A stretch of 64,000 bases of DNA. Origin: Schizochytrium sp. TIO01. Taxonomy: Eukaryota; Protista; Bigyra: Labyrinthulomycetes. Made by a program: the position numbers and the translations under genes. Location of the stretch: contig SMSO01000037.1 in the NCBI GenBank assembly GCA_004764695.1, positions 4,068,747 to 4,132,746 on the forward strand, written 5' to 3'. How positions within the stretch are numbered: the first letter of the stretch is position 1; each line of letters opens with the position of its first letter. Below, in pieces: positions 21,409 to 34,800 of this stretch. The notes beneath the pieces were generated by a model. That model was given only the letters and a program-made list of their open reading frames with translations. It was not told where the DNA came from and searched no databases.

Positions 21409-23259
21409 ATGCCTGGTAGAATTTGGCAGGCCTTCGCTCTAGTGCGAGAAGAGGATCTGCTGGAGAGCCTGGACAGTTTTAAAGCCGTGGTAGTCCTTCG
21501 AGAAAATGCCAGAGCTAAGGCAGTGTGCAGTATAGCCAAAGTGGCCAACCCGTTTAAAGCCTTGAAGACGGCAGCTCCTCGCCGATCAAGGAGACTTCAA
21601 GAGTCAAGAAAGTCTGGAGAGAGTAACTTGTATCAAAAGATCCTGGATATGCTTCAAAAAGACAATAGCAAAACTTTTGAGCTCGTTCTACCTATACAAG
21701 ACGCAGACGTTGGAGTCAGCAACACGTCAGAAACCCACTGTGAAAGTCAAAACATGGAGCACATTAATTTGGACGGGCTTCCAATAGATGCGTTCATAGT
21801 GCGAGGGCCAGGCCCATGGAGTTTGTCTAAATACCCACCACATATAGAGCTTGGCGTGGATGGACTTTGTTACTGCATTCCAGAACCAAGCCCAAGGGAG
21901 GAAAAACTTCGCCAAGAACTTATGGCATATGGATGTGCTCAACAAACAGACTCTCTACCAGCTCTCGAATTAGGTCTTCGCAAGCTGTATGAAATTTCGC
22001 AAACTCACGAAGAGGGCAAAATTAAGCATAGGGAAATGCTGTCAGAGTCCTCAGGATGCAAATTAGCACATTTTGTAGGCTGTCGTATGATTGCGGCCGC
22101 AAGCCTCGAGGTACCTAAACTTTTGCGCAAGCTCTTGGCCTTCGTTCGAATGACAAAGGTCCCGGCAGATGCCCCAAAGCTCTATTTTCACCAAGTAAGC
22201 GCTACTTTCTCGCTTATTGAGCAAAGAGGATATCAGCTTTGCTTAATAGCCGACAACGAAAAACCCTTTGCACAGCGAATGCAGGCAGGATTCTGCTGGC
22301 TACTAGACCTATTTCTCGGTACCCTGGTTGGAGCAAGTCTCACATTTTATCAAAGTGAGATTGGAGATATGTTATATGATTCAGTAGGCTATCTGTTTCA
22401 GTCTCGCAATATGCGTAGTCGAGTGCTGTGGGTCTTAAGCCAGCATGCACCATTAGGATTTAAACTCAATAAAGGTCTCGACGAAGTCCTGGGCAATACA
22501 GTCCTCCTTGTAATTGAGGCATGGCACATTTTCACAGCAGGAGTAGCGCCATACTCACCTCAAATTTTGTTTATAATTGGGGTTCTTTCTATCTGTGGTG
22601 GAGGTTTTTCGATGATCCTAGCCGCAGCATGCGATGCTGCAGCGTTTGTCACCCTGCACATTCAATTTCTGTATAATTTCTTTGCTCGAGTGCACCTCTT
22701 TCAGCTTGCTGGCATGTCTTCATTCTGGAAAGTCATTCGGGGTAAAAAGTATAATGTTTTACGCAAACGAGTAGATACAGGCAACTATGATACGGGTCAG
22801 TTGTTGTTTGGATCGATGGCGTTTATTATTTTTGGGTTTCTTTTTCAGACAACGTTGGCGTATTACATTATGTTCACCAGCCTTTGGGTGGTCACCGTCA
22901 GCTTCCATGCAATTCTTCTAAGCATTCTCAGGATGGTGCAATGCTTCCCTATCTATTCTATCTTCATGTTGGTGCAGAGACCTACACTCTTGCCGTGTAG
23001 CATAGAGCTCCAAGTAAGTGTCGCTCCATGGGGTGGAGAGACGTTCATTTTGTGTGGGGGGTATACACGCCCATTGGAGGTTTTCAAAACATGGGCTGGT
23101 CTCCTACATTCATTTGTGCAGTGGGGGAGACGCTCAGCAAAGCTGGGAATAGTCGGATCTATTATGCAAGGTGAGCAGATCCCTTTGTCAAGCGTGGATT
23201 TTCCACGCTGTGAGCAAGAGCTCATACATTTAAAAGTTAGCCAAGGCCAAGGAGAATAG
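21409..23259 (+). CDS. PIGQ: GPI-GlcNAc transferase subunit Q (Gpi1)
   Basis: Motifs PLGFKLNKGL and RGKKYNVLRKRVD..YDTGQLLFGS, plus multiple TM segments. Confidence 0.85.
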   Translation: MPGRIWQAFALVREEDLLESLDSFKAVVVLRENARAKAVCSIAKVANPFKALKTAAPRRSRRLQESRKSGESNLYQKILDMLQKDNSKTFELVLPIQDADVGVSNTSETHCESQNMEHINLDGLPIDAFIVRGPGPWSLSKYPPHIELGVDGLCYCIPEPSPREEKLRQELMAYGCAQQTDSLPALELGLRKLYEISQTHEEGKIKHREMLSESSGCKLAHFVGCRMIAAASLEVPKLLRKLLAFVRMTKVPADAPKLYFHQVSATFSLIEQRGYQLCLIADNEKPFAQRMQAGFCWLLDLFLGTLVGASLTFYQSEIGDMLYDSVGYLFQSRNMRSRVLWVLSQHAPLGFKLNKGLDEVLGNTVLLVIEAWHIFTAGVAPYSPQILFIIGVLSICGGGFSMILAAACDAAAFVTLHIQFLYNFFARVHLFQLAGMSSFWKVIRGKKYNVLRKRVDTGNYDTGQLLFGSMAFIIFGFLFQTTLAYYIMFTSLWVVTVSFHAILLSILRMVQCFPIYSIFMLVQRPTLLPCSIELQVSVAPWGGETFILCGGYTRPLEVFKTWAGLLHSFVQWGRRSAKLGIVGSIMQGEQIPLSSVDFPRCEQELIHLKVSQGQGE

Positions 23260-23622
23260 AACAAACACCCTTCTTACTGATATTTTATTTCTTCGTTGTC
23301 AAAGTTGTTGTTGCTGATCTGTACGAGCAAGTTGAGGAGCAGCTCCGCTTTTCGCGATTGAAGGTTCTGCCTCCTTTTCAGATACTAAGAACGTCCCGCT
23401 TTCCCAGTCTGATGAACTCCTGAAGGAGCTTAAGGTAGCTCACCACACGTGTCCATAGGTGCGTAAACAATCTTGCATATATGGGTGTCAGCATCGAAAC
23501 GTTTGAGGAGTAGAATAATCGTAGGTCAGTTTGTTTTTATTTTGTTGTCTATAGGAAATGAAGTTGGGGAAATGGATAGAGTTGAAGCAGATTCAAAGAA
23601 AGTAGTATTACTTGCAGCCATT

Positions 23623-23838
23623 TTAGGAGCCAATGAGGATGTTGTTGATAGGGATGTGGATGAGCTTGACAAAGAAGCCAATCATGCCAATCACCAAGAA
23701 TCCCATTGCAACAGACCTAGCAGTGGTCTCGAACTCCTTGCGGTCCGGCTTAGTACATTTCTGGACGAGCTGTTTGCTATCCTTGGCAAACTTCATGAGA
23801 GGCTCAATGACACTCTCGTTCAATGCGTTAGAGCTCAT
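23623..23838 (-). CDS. SEC61G: Protein translocon subunit Sec61 gamma
   Basis: [17 protein letters not shown]...[19 protein letters not shown]. Confidence 0.97.
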   Translation of the reverse strand: MSSNALNESVIEPLMKFAKDSKQLVQKCTKPDRKEFETTARSVAMGFLVIGMIGFFVKLIHIPINNILIGS

Positions 23839-25583
23839 TGTGCTACTTTATTGAGTCTTCTTCGAGCAAACGAAGCTGGCAACAACAATAATGAAGGTCT
23901 CGAACAAGCTCAAATCGCTGTTCGCACCCAAAGCTCCACCGACCGGAGCAGAGGAGACGCAGAGGAAACTCAGACGAAAGCCTGAAGAGGATGAAACGCG
24001 TGAGGCGATCGCACCCGACGCGACAGAAGAGACCGAAACCGAAGCAGGGAGATACACGAATTGATTGCCAGCTTGCCCGCTCCGTTATGGCTTCTTCTTC
24101 TTCTTCTCTTCCTTCCTCTTCTTCTTATTATTATTTATTAGTAATACTCCTAATTAGATATACTTTTATTATTGTTAGCCTTCATAAACGTCAGATCAAC
24201 AACAAAAAATACTTACCAAGTAGCTATAAGTGAACTGTAAAAGAAGTGTACAATAGATCAATCACTATAGTCATTGAGGCATTTGCATCACCTAAGTGAA
24301 TATCGATCTTATCAATTATTCATGATGAGGTGCACCTCAGTTAGAAAGAATTACAACAAGAGCCCGAAATGGACTATCATTTCCTTTTTTCTAGTACAGC
24401 GCTTTCTTTACCGGGCTAGATACTTACTAGGCCTTCAATAGGACCAACTACTAACAATAATAGTACTGACCGGTTTTAAGAAAGATAAGAATGACTAGCT
24501 TGAAATTGACTATGAAGAGATTGGCTTTTCCTGGCTGGAATCCTTGTGAATATACCGTATATTTTGCTTAAAGCTCGAGTGAAGCTTGACTTCTGAGCGA
24601 AGCTGGCACTAGGTACAGGATTGCACATCAGAGCAGCGCGAATCCAGGTTCTCAAGACGAGGTTTTGTCCTGGGTCAACATTTTCTTTTATTTTCCCTTC
24701 CCTCCTTTTGCACTTCTGTTGCCTTTCTGCGGCTGCCAGGTGGCAAGGGAACGCGCCTGGCATAGACGATTTTTAGGAACATTAAGAACTTCAAGAACGT
24801 TTGTAACTAGTCAAGAATGGGAAATACTAAGATGGATTAGGTAGTACTAGGTCCTACATAGCTCGTAGTATACTGAAGACTTTGTGATCTGGAGTAGCAT
24901 GTGTGAACTAGTGCAAGGGTAGTTCTCTGTTGTGTAAATGCCGCGTGCGATTACCTTCATGTTGAATGCGTACACTTTTGTGAGGTTACAACCTTTATTG
25001 GCATTGTTGTTGGAGTAGGGTATTGTCAAATCATCGCGAGATTGATCTGCACAGAGAAATGATTTTGAGAATGTGCTTCATGTCAAATTAATAGGCCAGC
25101 TGGCAGGAGACACCCTGTAATTTCTTAAGGTACAGCAAAGTTACACTTTACGAAAACTCGAGAACAATCGTGTGCATCTTTAAGAAGACCAAAGAATCTG
25201 ATTTGGATATCCCAAACATGGTAACCTTGATAAATTCAGGGTAGTAAAGGAAGTGTTTGCATGACTTAGGCGCTGCGCAGGGATCTACAAATGGTGAATT
25301 AAGATGGTGCTCAAGATCATACTAGTAAAGTAGGTGTCTAGAACCCCACATTTAAAGAACTATGCGTAAGCACACAAGTCTTATGAGATCATGAACGAGA
25401 AGATAATTTAACAAGTTCCTAGGTTACTACAAGGGATGTTGCTCAACAAGCATTGGGAATAGACGAAAGAAAATTCAAATGGATTATGTACCGAGAGGAG
25501 AGTATAATGCATATCTTATTGAACGAACACATCAAGCGTAATCAAGATAGAGAGTGCAATGTGAAATGAGCAACATTGGAGAA

Positions 25584-26712
25584 TTACTCGGTCCAGCGGG
25601 AGTGGTGGGAGGCATCACGAATGTCCCACTCGCCCTTCGAGAACTCCTCGTTAGAGGTCTTAGTCAAAAGAAAGTCAACAAAGAAGGCGACGTTAGGCGC
25701 AACGTCGAGACCGTCCTGGGGAGGAGGGTGGGGCTTGTCCTCAGGACCAGTGTATTGGTTCTTCTTCAATTCCTTGAAACGCTCGATAACGGCAGTCTCC
25801 TCAGCGGTAGCAGCACGAATGGTTTCCTGCATGTTAGATTCCACAATACCCGGCTGGAAGCTTCCAAAGTAAACACCCTTGGGGCGAAGCTCCTCGCGGA
25901 GGCACTGATACACCATGAAGAAGGCAGCCTTGGTCACGTTGTAAGCGGACCAGCCGTTGTAGGGTTTGTGAGCAGCACCACTGCTAACATGAAGAATACG
26001 GGCATCCGGGGCAAGCTCAGGAACTAGAAGCTGGGTCAGGAAGAATGGAGCGTGTACATTGACCTCAAAAGCATGGCGCCAAGGACCTTCCTCAAGATTC
26101 ATTGCCTGGTCGAGCTTGCCAATAACACCGGCATTCTGCACAACATACTTGAGTTGCTTGGAGCACTTAGAGCGCACGGCATCAGCAACGGTCTGGCGGC
26201 CCTCTTGGGTGGTCAGGTCAGCCACAACGATCTCAATGTTATCATCCTGGCCAAGCTTGCGGGTCTCCTGGAGCTGGTCCTCACGGCGCGCAACAGCAAG
26301 CACGCCGAGGTTTTGACGGGACAGATGCACCGCAATAGCACGGCCAATGCCACTAGAGGCACCCTGTTCATGATATCAGCATTATAAAGCATGATGCAAC
26401 ATATGAAGTTTGTAGACACATGCACTAGGTTATTGTCAGTCTTTGTGTTTGTCCGTCATGGAAATAATTCAAGATAATCAGTTTGTGATTATCGACAGCG
26501 CTGCAACAAACCAGTTTAATCATTCCATTTTCGCGCGCGTATTTCGCTCTGACCTTTATTCCAAGAGACCATTGTATTCGTGTAGGCGTAGTAGAAACGT
26601 CGGTGTCGAGGAACTTCGTCTGGATCGTTCATCGCACTCACAACGATAGATCTTGCCGCTGCTTCGAGCGAAGCCATGAACTTACCGTAACAAGAGCGTA
26701 GGACTTGGACAT
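25584..26712 (-). CDS. Short-chain dehydrogenase/reductase (sepiapterin/benzil-reductase-like), 2 exons: 26712-26686 and 26363-25584
   Basis: Splicing the GTAAGT..AACAG intron (26685-26364) restores MSKSYALVT|GASSGIG. Also NAG, SSGAA and the catalytic YNVTK. Confidence 0.9.
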
Positions 26713-28048
26713 TGTAGCTGAGTTTGAGCTAAGTTGCAAGAGATGTTTCTTCGTTGTCGAGAAGGCAATGTATTTGAGGTCTGCAAACTTGTCTCGCAAG
26801 AGAAGATATTAGTTATTCACAAGAGGCTATGGCATGCTGAGTCAGTGCTATAACCAGTGCTAGACTTCCTCCCATGTCTATTTCTATCTATAGTTGCTTC
26901 CCATAGATCTCTTAGAAACAACACTATAGAGTTTGCAGGTAGCGCTCACAAAAAAGAGATTCCTATCATGATCTTCTTCACATCACTTGAACCTGTTAGT
27001 TAGTGAGGACAAATCTGTCAATAGATGACTTGATCGAAAATGAACACTCAAGAAGTAGAGCCTGATATCTGTGTTCACCCAAACCAGGCGGTAGTAGAGC
27101 AAGGGTAAGGGATGCCACTATCATCATGCATTTTACAACTGCAAGCTGCGAGTAAAGAAAAGTCAAGGTCAGGGCGACAGTGGTGTCCGCCATAATTGAA
27201 GCTTTATGGCTTCTTGCCAGGCGTTATATCTTTGGTCTGGAGTGCTGAACAGCCTCTCAAAATATAAAGGGGGCAGCTTTAGCATCTGTTCAACATTCAC
27301 TTATAACAATTCATAAATGCGAACAAAGCAGGCGTTTTCCCTTTCCAAACAGCATCTCTACCAGCAACCCTAATCCTATCAATCCTTTGAAGTAGGTAAA
27401 TCACAACGATGGTTCGTATGTTGCTGAAGCTCGATATTGCCAGTATAAAATTTGCAGTATCAGCGAGGTTGTCTTTTACCAGTCCCTTTCGTGGAGCACA
27501 CCTGCCCGGTATCGACCAGGCAGGCTACGCCTAGAGGAGTATATTCCAATCACTCGCTGGCTTTCGTTTGCACGCCTTCCCGTTGTCGATTTTGCCCAAG
27601 ATCATCCCTTCTAAAGACTCGGACTACCCGAATAACCATGATTAATCATTATCTATGGGCCAGTTGCTTCCTAACTCCTTGTAACATCTGCTTCCTATTC
27701 TATATTACATATGCTTTATGCGAACACCAGGCCAGTTGAAGCTTGGATGATCTTCTACACTGATAGCAAATCCCTCTCAGCCTCGCGCAGGGAGACGCTG
27801 CAGGTAGACCAAGCCACCTCGTTTGCCCATTGCCAGGGCAGGAGCGTGTATTTTCATCTGCTTGGAGAGCGCCTGAGTGCTCGGCCCCGTGCTCGTGCTC
27901 GTAGTTGGGTTCTGATTTGATAGCTTGAGGCGGTTCACTAAGCGAACGAGTTGTTGTTGTCAAAAACCCTAAGTACGGGGAAACGACGCTGTGTTCTAAG
28001 CCAGAGCTTGGGTAGGTCTCGCTGCAGTCGAAAATCTGTCCTTGAAAC

Positions 28049-29929
28049 ATGGGCGAGACTTTGAGCAAGCTCTTTGTGCCTTTGCACAGCCTTCCGGGTC
28101 TTTATGATTTACCGGATGAGTGTGTGAATCCGGATGCCTACGGCGTCGAACTGGATCCCACATTTGGCGGCATTGTGCAGCTCCTTTTCTTGGGACTTGT
28201 TTATGGCTTTGTGCTGTATCAAGCCAGTAACATGATTGCAGACGGTAGTGAGCTGCTGCTACTGCTCCCTCAGGTTGCTCCTATTGTTGGAAGTGTTGTA
28301 ATTCCTGTGCTTGGTGCATTGCCCGATTCAGCTGTCATTCTCTTTTCAGGTCTTGGCGACATTAGTGAGGCTCGTGAGCAACTCAACGTTGGTGTTGGTG
28401 CTCTCGCAGGATCTACTGTTATGCTCTTAACAATTCCCTGGACTCTTTCAATTGTTGCCGGCCGTGTCAGTATTTCTAAAAAGACTGGCAGCTGCCGCTA
28501 TGCCCGCCCTGCCAATGCGCCGCCTACCTGGAAAAAGTTGCGCGACAACCAGAAAGACCCGTTGAACAACACTGGTGTTGAACCCGATGCCAAAGCCATG
28601 CGCAGTGGTGCACGCAACATTGCTTTCACTGCAGTCTCTTACCTTATTATTCAAGGTGCTGCTTTCGCATATAAACGTGGTGACGGCCCTGACCCCGGCT
28701 TGGCCAAACATGAAAAGGTTTTTGCCTGCATTGGACTTGTCCTCTGTACCGTGCTTTTCTTGCGTTACCTGTACAAACAGGTCCGTGGATCAAACAGTGA
28801 CAAGGTGTTACAAGACATTGTAGATGACAAGCGTACCTTAGCCTTGAAGTCTGGTATGCTCAGTCTTCAAGGTGCATTCTTCAACACCCTCCAGTCCGAG
28901 CTTGGAGCTGGCCAGCAAACGAGCCTCCTTGAGTCTGAGCACCGCAAGCAGCGTTTTGAGAGTGTTGTCCGTAGGTTTTTTCGTCAATATGATGTCAATG
29001 GCGACGACTCGATTGATGCCCATGAACTGCAACTCCTTTTGGCTGACCTTCACATTCAGCACACCAAGGAAAACTTGCAAAACTTTATGAGCGAGATGGA
29101 CACTGATGGAGATGGGAAAATTCACTTCACCGAGTTTCTTGAGAGTATGATTAAATTGATCCGCCCTTCAAGTAGTGCGAGTGGACAACAGACCAGCTCT
29201 GGTTACGGCTCAAACGGTTCAACAAACAGAGGCGAATCTGCAAATGGACAGCTAGATGAGTTGATGATGCATCATGAGAACACTACCCCTGGTGCGGTTC
29301 AACGCAATATTGAGCGACAGCGTGGGCAGCTTGAACATGCTATGTCAAGCAACAATCACGAAAACGAAAACGATGATGATGTTGAAGGTGAAGAGGAAGA
29401 AGAAGAGGTCCCTGAGGACCTTGCAGACCTGCCACCTGAAAAGCAGCAGCGTATCATCATCTTCCGCTCATTTCGACTTATGATTACCGGTACGATACTT
29501 GTGCTGGTTTTCAGTGACGCCATGGTTGATGTGATGGGTGAGATTGGCAAAGTCTTGGGCATTTCATCCTTCTACATTTCCTTTATTCTCGCCCCGCTTG
29601 CCTCAAACGCATCCGAGTTCATCGCTTCTTATTCTTACGCTCTCAAGAAGACCTCAAAAACAGTGACAATTTCACTGACCTCCCTTACTGGCGCAGCAAT
29701 CATGAATAACACACTCTGTCTGGGTGTTTTCCTTGCACTCGTGTACTTTCGGGGCCTTGCTTGGGAGTTCTCTGCCGAGACAATCTCTATCCTGTTTGTG
29801 GAAGCCTGCATGATCGGAGTTTGCTACCAAAAGGTCCAAACACTTCGCACAGCCATCTTTGTCTTCTCTCTCTTTCCACTTTCTCTTGTCATCGTTTATG
29901 TGCTGGAAAATGTCTTTGGGTTGGACTAA
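28049..29929 (+). CDS. EF-hand-containing Ca2+/cation exchanger (NCL/EF-CAX-like)
   Basis: Alpha-repeats LGALPDS..GALAGST and PLASNASE..GAAIMNN flank two EF-hands (DVNGDDSIDAHE, DTDGDGKIHFTE). Confidence 0.9.
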   Translation: MGETLSKLFVPLHSLPGLYDLPDECVNPDAYGVELDPTFGGIVQLLFLGLVYGFVLYQASNMIADGSELLLLLPQVAPIVGSVVIPVLGALPDSAVILFSGLGDISEAREQLNVGVGALAGSTVMLLTIPWTLSIVAGRVSISKKTGSCRYARPANAPPTWKKLRDNQKDPLNNTGVEPDAKAMRSGARNIAFTAVSYLIIQGAAFAYKRGDGPDPGLAKHEKVFACIGLVLCTVLFLRYLYKQVRGSNSDKVLQDIVDDKRTLALKSGMLSLQGAFFNTLQSELGAGQQTSLLESEHRKQRFESVVRRFFRQYDVNGDDSIDAHELQLLLADLHIQHTKENLQNFMSEMDTDGDGKIHFTEFLESMIKLIRPSSSASGQQTSSGYGSNGSTNRGESANGQLDELMMHHENTTPGAVQRNIERQRGQLEHAMSSNNHENENDDDVEGEEEEEEVPEDLADLPPEKQQRIIIFRSFRLMITGTILVLVFSDAMVDVMGEIGKVLGISSFYISFILAPLASNASEFIASYSYALKKTSKTVTISLTSLTGAAIMNNTLCLGVFLALVYFRGLAWEFSAETISILFVEACMIGVCYQKVQTLRTAIFVFSLFPLSLVIVYVLENVFGLD

Positions 29930-30452
29930 GCCAGCGGCTTCTCTGGTGACATGCTTTTTTATCTTCCTGCAGTGCATAGGCCCCAATCCTCTTCACCCTT
30001 TTACAATTTTTATAAATCGAAGAAAAAGCTTTTGGATTATTCAACTTCCTACATTTTACAACTCTGTTGCCAAATTATCTCTATTTTCGAAACCATTTTT
30101 ATACCACCTTTCTTTGCATAAAGGTCTATAAAACCCAATCAATCGATGAGGAAGCGGATATGTTTTGTAATCTTGAAACATATTACGGAGTTTTGATTGG
30201 ACATCCCGACATCAACATGCACGATATAACCAAGCCTGATTCTGGTAAGGTTTCAAACATTCTTTGAAGGTGTTTTTCTACTGTAAATTTACGTTTATAT
30301 CTAAATCATGGGTTGACAAAGATCTTTTGTTTTACAATCTATTGTCTGTGCTCTAAAAAGAGTAATTTGTTTTTAAAGAAAAGCGGACTCTGTCCGCCAA
30401 GAAATCTACTTGTTTTTGGAAATCGTTTGCCAAGGAAATCGACGTTCGGGAG

Positions 30453-31403
30453 TCATGCTTTTTTTTTACCATTTGGATGAATTGTAGACGAGGGGGGTAA
30501 TATGACTACATCCAAACCCCAACGACCCGGGGTGAGAAAACAAGGCATGGACTCCACATCAAAAGCTATGTCATCGACTCTGTCCAAGTTCAAGGCCTGA
30601 TCAAGCTGATAGAAAGCAACTGTCAAAACAAAGGCTTCGTGCAATGCAACGCCACATAAAATATGCCACCATGCGTGCAACTGGGGATTGAACATAAGGC
30701 GTAGAACTTGAGTGCAAAGGACCCTATCGATAATCCAACATATGAACCCTATCGTTGCACTCAGAATCGCAACTCTTGCAGCTCGCTTTACACCTGCTTC
30801 TCCAGCCGAGACAATTTCTGTGCGATATACCCAACCTTTGACCCTAAATAGCGTTACAAGAACGATACTGATCATATGAAGTTCGCAAAAAAGGAATGAG
30901 GTGACCGTAAAGATGCCCAAAGTTGCCAGCATACCGTGTGCCAGTGTTACAGCTTGATTGCTGCGGTCAGATCGGACGAGTATAATGAGTGCGAGATTCT
31001 CAAACGTTTCATCGAGCTTTTGTTGTGTCCAGAGTAAAGTTGCATGAAAGCCTGCACTAAAAACTCCAAGCAAGATCAAACTCCATGCTAGCACGTAAAA
31101 TCTCATAGGTAGACTGAGTCTTCTCGCCGTGCGCAAGCCTTGCACACCGGCTAGCACAAACGCAACATTTGACCACGTGTTATGGAACTCCGCGATGTAC
31201 GGGTTCCACTCGTAGTCCTTTTCACACCAATTGATACCGGTTGGTGTACCCCAATAATATTGGACTATGCTAGCAGAAAGCATTTCATCATCACTCTTAC
31301 CCGCAGAATCAGATACAGATTCATCAAAGTAACGAGAACCGGACGAGGACCCACCGAGCACAAGTGCCTCAAGCAACCCTACTTCTTCCCAACCCTCCGC
31401 CAT
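30453..31403 (-). CDS. Alkaline ceramidase (CREST family)
   Basis: Motifs WG.PT..INWCEKDY, IAEFHNTWSN, SAGFHATL..QKLDE and LHAWWH. Confidence 0.9.
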   Translation of the reverse strand: MAEGWEEVGLLEALVLGGSSSGSRYFDESVSDSAGKSDDEMLSASIVQYYWGTPTGINWCEKDYEWNPYIAEFHNTWSNVAFVLAGVQGLRTARRLSLPMRFYVLAWSLILLGVFSAGFHATLLWTQQKLDETFENLALIILVRSDRSNQAVTLAHGMLATLGIFTVTSFLFCELHMISIVLVTLFRVKGWVYRTEIVSAGEAGVKRAARVAILSATIGFICWIIDRVLCTQVLRLMFNPQLHAWWHILCGVALHEAFVLTVAFYQLDQALNLDRVDDIAFDVESMPCFLTPGRWGLDVVILPPSSTIHPNGKKKA

Positions 31404-31849
31404 CGCTGTGTAGACCCGAAACCACTCCTATCTTTGACTCCTCCCTTTTCTTGTCCTCGGTGTCGCATACTTTTCTTCGGACCTCTCAAACGTAAGACTT
31501 TCACCCAAGCTCCAATCTTTATCTCAAGTCAAATCTTGAACAATCATTGACCTTGAAGCAACTTTTCCAAGTTGCTTCGTATTACTAATACTAGGCCTAG
31601 TACATGACACTTATCACCGACTAGCAATTACTTGCACTCCTTCTAGCCAGCTCTTTCTTGTTCATAACATTAGGAACTTAAGGAACTTACAGAACTTGTG
31701 GAATCTGAGCAACACAGTTTAGGCTGAAGAGTAATAATATGGAGAAGTCAGCGACGCGAAGATCGACTTGGAAAGCGTCATGGATTCCTTGCGGGCGATG
31801 CAAAGCCAGAACTTGCCTTGGAATCAGATCAGGGTGTTTAAGGAGTACA

Positions 31850-34800
31850 ATGGACTCCGATCCGGGCCGACCTCCACGAGCACCATCGCATGGTGAAAAT
31901 GCTGTAGTCTCGCGGAGCGGAGCCGGCTCGCCAGCGAGCCTGAGCCCACGGAGATCGCTTTCTGTGTCTAGATTACCGCGACCTAAGAATGGCCTGCGAA
32001 GGCGAAGATCTAGCACAAATAGTGTACGGAGTTCGGAATCCGAGGAATCTTCGAGGTCAAAAGCCAGCACCCCTTCCATGGTTGCGTCGAAATCGAGGTC
32101 TTTATTGCCTTTGCACCTCGGTAGTAAGTCTCAGGACTCAACGAAATGGTGGGAGGAATCAGAGGCCTTGATTATGAGAAAATTGCAAGCTGAGGTGTTC
32201 CAGAATCGAGGGGAACAAGTTGTCTTTGTTTCAAAGGCTATGAAACTTAAGAAAGGACTCAAAGATAAGAACGATCTTAAGAAACAAGTTCTTGCTATTT
32301 GCAAGACGCACTCATCAAACAAACGAGATGACCTTGTGGTACACGTTCTTACTCTAAAGAGTTGGTCCATTCGCAGCTCCAATTCCCTGCAATCTCTCAG
32401 AATTGTCGACGGCGCTCCACAGCTGCCCTTTACGACAGTATTTCAGGACTCAAGCCTCACACTGAAACTAGAGTTTCACGGTAAGACGTTTAAGACAAAA
32501 CTATTTTTTGTCATAACCTCACTTGGGGACAAAAGCATCATTGAGTACACATTGCTGGAACTTTGCCAACGTTATTTTGGCTTTGCACCTAGTATGATAA
32601 ATGTGAACCCTTCGGAGCTACAGCTTATGGCTACTGACGAGCGGTACATGCGCCGATGTACCCTATTTGATGAGCACATGCGCCCCAAGGGCACGGAGAG
32701 CCCATCAAATGGCTACAGCTCAAATGGTCCTGCTTTGGAACTTGAAAGTTCGGATGACGACGATGGGGAGGTCAAAACAACCAGTAATCAAGGTGGCGTG
32801 AACGGAGGTAATAAGAACATGCGTTCTCTCAGCTCACATCGCAAGAGCGAGGATAGTGAAGATAACCAGCCTGTCGAACTTCTCAGCACAGCTGAACACG
32901 ATGAGCTTTTGCAGATTCTTGAGGCTGAAGGCTTGACTAGCGTCACGTCTATGAAACTCTCGGATGAGTTGCAATCTCGTATTCATAAACTTGAAGAGGA
33001 AACTGGTAGCACACTTCGCCAATGGGAAAACCGAGGAGATAGCTCGGATTACATCAGTGACGCGATGGTTGCGGCAGGTCAAAGCCCAGAGCTCTTTGAC
33101 CCTATTGCTATCCTTGTAGACCAACTTGAGCAGGTTTATGATGAGCTTAGCGACATGGATGCATGGATGTCAAACTATAATTTGGAGCTCAAAACTATGC
33201 GAAAAGATATTCAAAAGATTGAGGCCGAGAACGAAAGACTTCAAGTGCAATCTCGCAATCATGAAAATCTCCGTTTGCACCTCGCGACTCTTCTTTCCCA
33301 TTATGCTGTGAGCGCAGGAGCAATTGAAGTTCTTGATAACCTTGATGCTATCCTGCGACATGACACGTTAAGCGAGGTTGAGCACGGCGGTTCGCCAGCA
33401 CAAGGCCAAGATCCTGCCCTTGTTCGCTTGAGTAACACCGCGACCGAACTTAGCCTTGCTGTTGTAGGTAAAGCACATCTACGGCATCTCCCGCGTCATG
33501 AGCGCAATTCAGCGAACTTAGCTCTTAAAGATTCGCAATTCGCCGAAGAGGCCCATCTCCGTGCAATTAACCAACGGGTACTAGAGCTACGGGATCAGAT
33601 CAAGCACTTTTGTAACTTCGTGTTCTCATTCATCAAAATTCGTATAAAGAATAGTGCAGATAAGTTTAGGCAGACCATCGTCTCAGGATCAGCTTCAGAT
33701 TACTCCCAGCTTCCATTTGTTGTTCGTCAAGACTCTATGCATCGTGTGATGACACCTTATCGTGTTCTCATCGGAGCGTTGCAAGAACTTGAGGACGATG
33801 GTTTCCGCCGCGTTGTCCATGAGTATGTGAGTGACATGGGCGAAGCATATGGTGATGTTCTTCGAAACTTTTCAACGAATATGGGCAAGCTTGCGTTCTC
33901 ACAGCATGTGAGTCAGATCACGGAATTCTCAATCCAACGGCTTACGCTTCAGGCCACCGATGATGCAAACCTGGGAGATCACGATGGCGAGCGTCGTAAT
34001 GCCGAGGGCCTGGCTCAGCAACTTGTTGCTATGTCGTTTGGGTCACAGCAAGAGCTGTCACTAGCACATGCATATGCGCACACGCTAGAACAAGTTATTC
34101 CCATGATTATGGATGAACAAGACTTCCTCGGTTCAACGTTCTATAGCATGAATGAAGGCTCTAATAACCCTACAGATGGTACTGCTGAGTTCTTTGGAGG
34201 ACACTTGACAAGCGACCAGGCTGTCAGAGAGCGTAACGAAACACTGGAGGAGATCTTTGTTCGACGGGGTGGTGTATTGGCAGGCCTATCTGCCTTTATT
34301 GAAAAGGCGCATGCCCAGCGGGACATCGTCCAGATAATCTTCATGCTTGTTGAGACCGAAGCTATTCTGGCTGAATATGGAAAACGTTCAAAATTCTTAC
34401 GAGGTATTTTCATGGATACGCCAAAGGGTTTACGCCCGCAACTAGAGAACGCATTCAAGGGTTGGATTGAGGAGCAACGCTCCTGGGTAACATCAACGCG
34501 GAGCACAGAGTTTCGGTCAAATCCTGGCGTTCTTAGCGCTTTGCGTAAACTTCCCCGTCTTGTTGATATTGTTACGGCATTGTGGGACGAGTGTACAGCT
34601 CGACAACGTGAGATTTGCTCGCAAGAACCGTACACGTCGCAATCCTCAAAGTTCAAAGATAGCGCTGTTGGTTCTGGCCTTGACCTTTTGACTACAACAG
34701 TTCTTCAGACTGTTGAGAGGCTCAGTGTTAGTTTGGAGATTGCCGACCGTCTCCGGGCTGAGAATTTCCATTTCGCGGTTGAAACTTTGCCTTTCCGTGG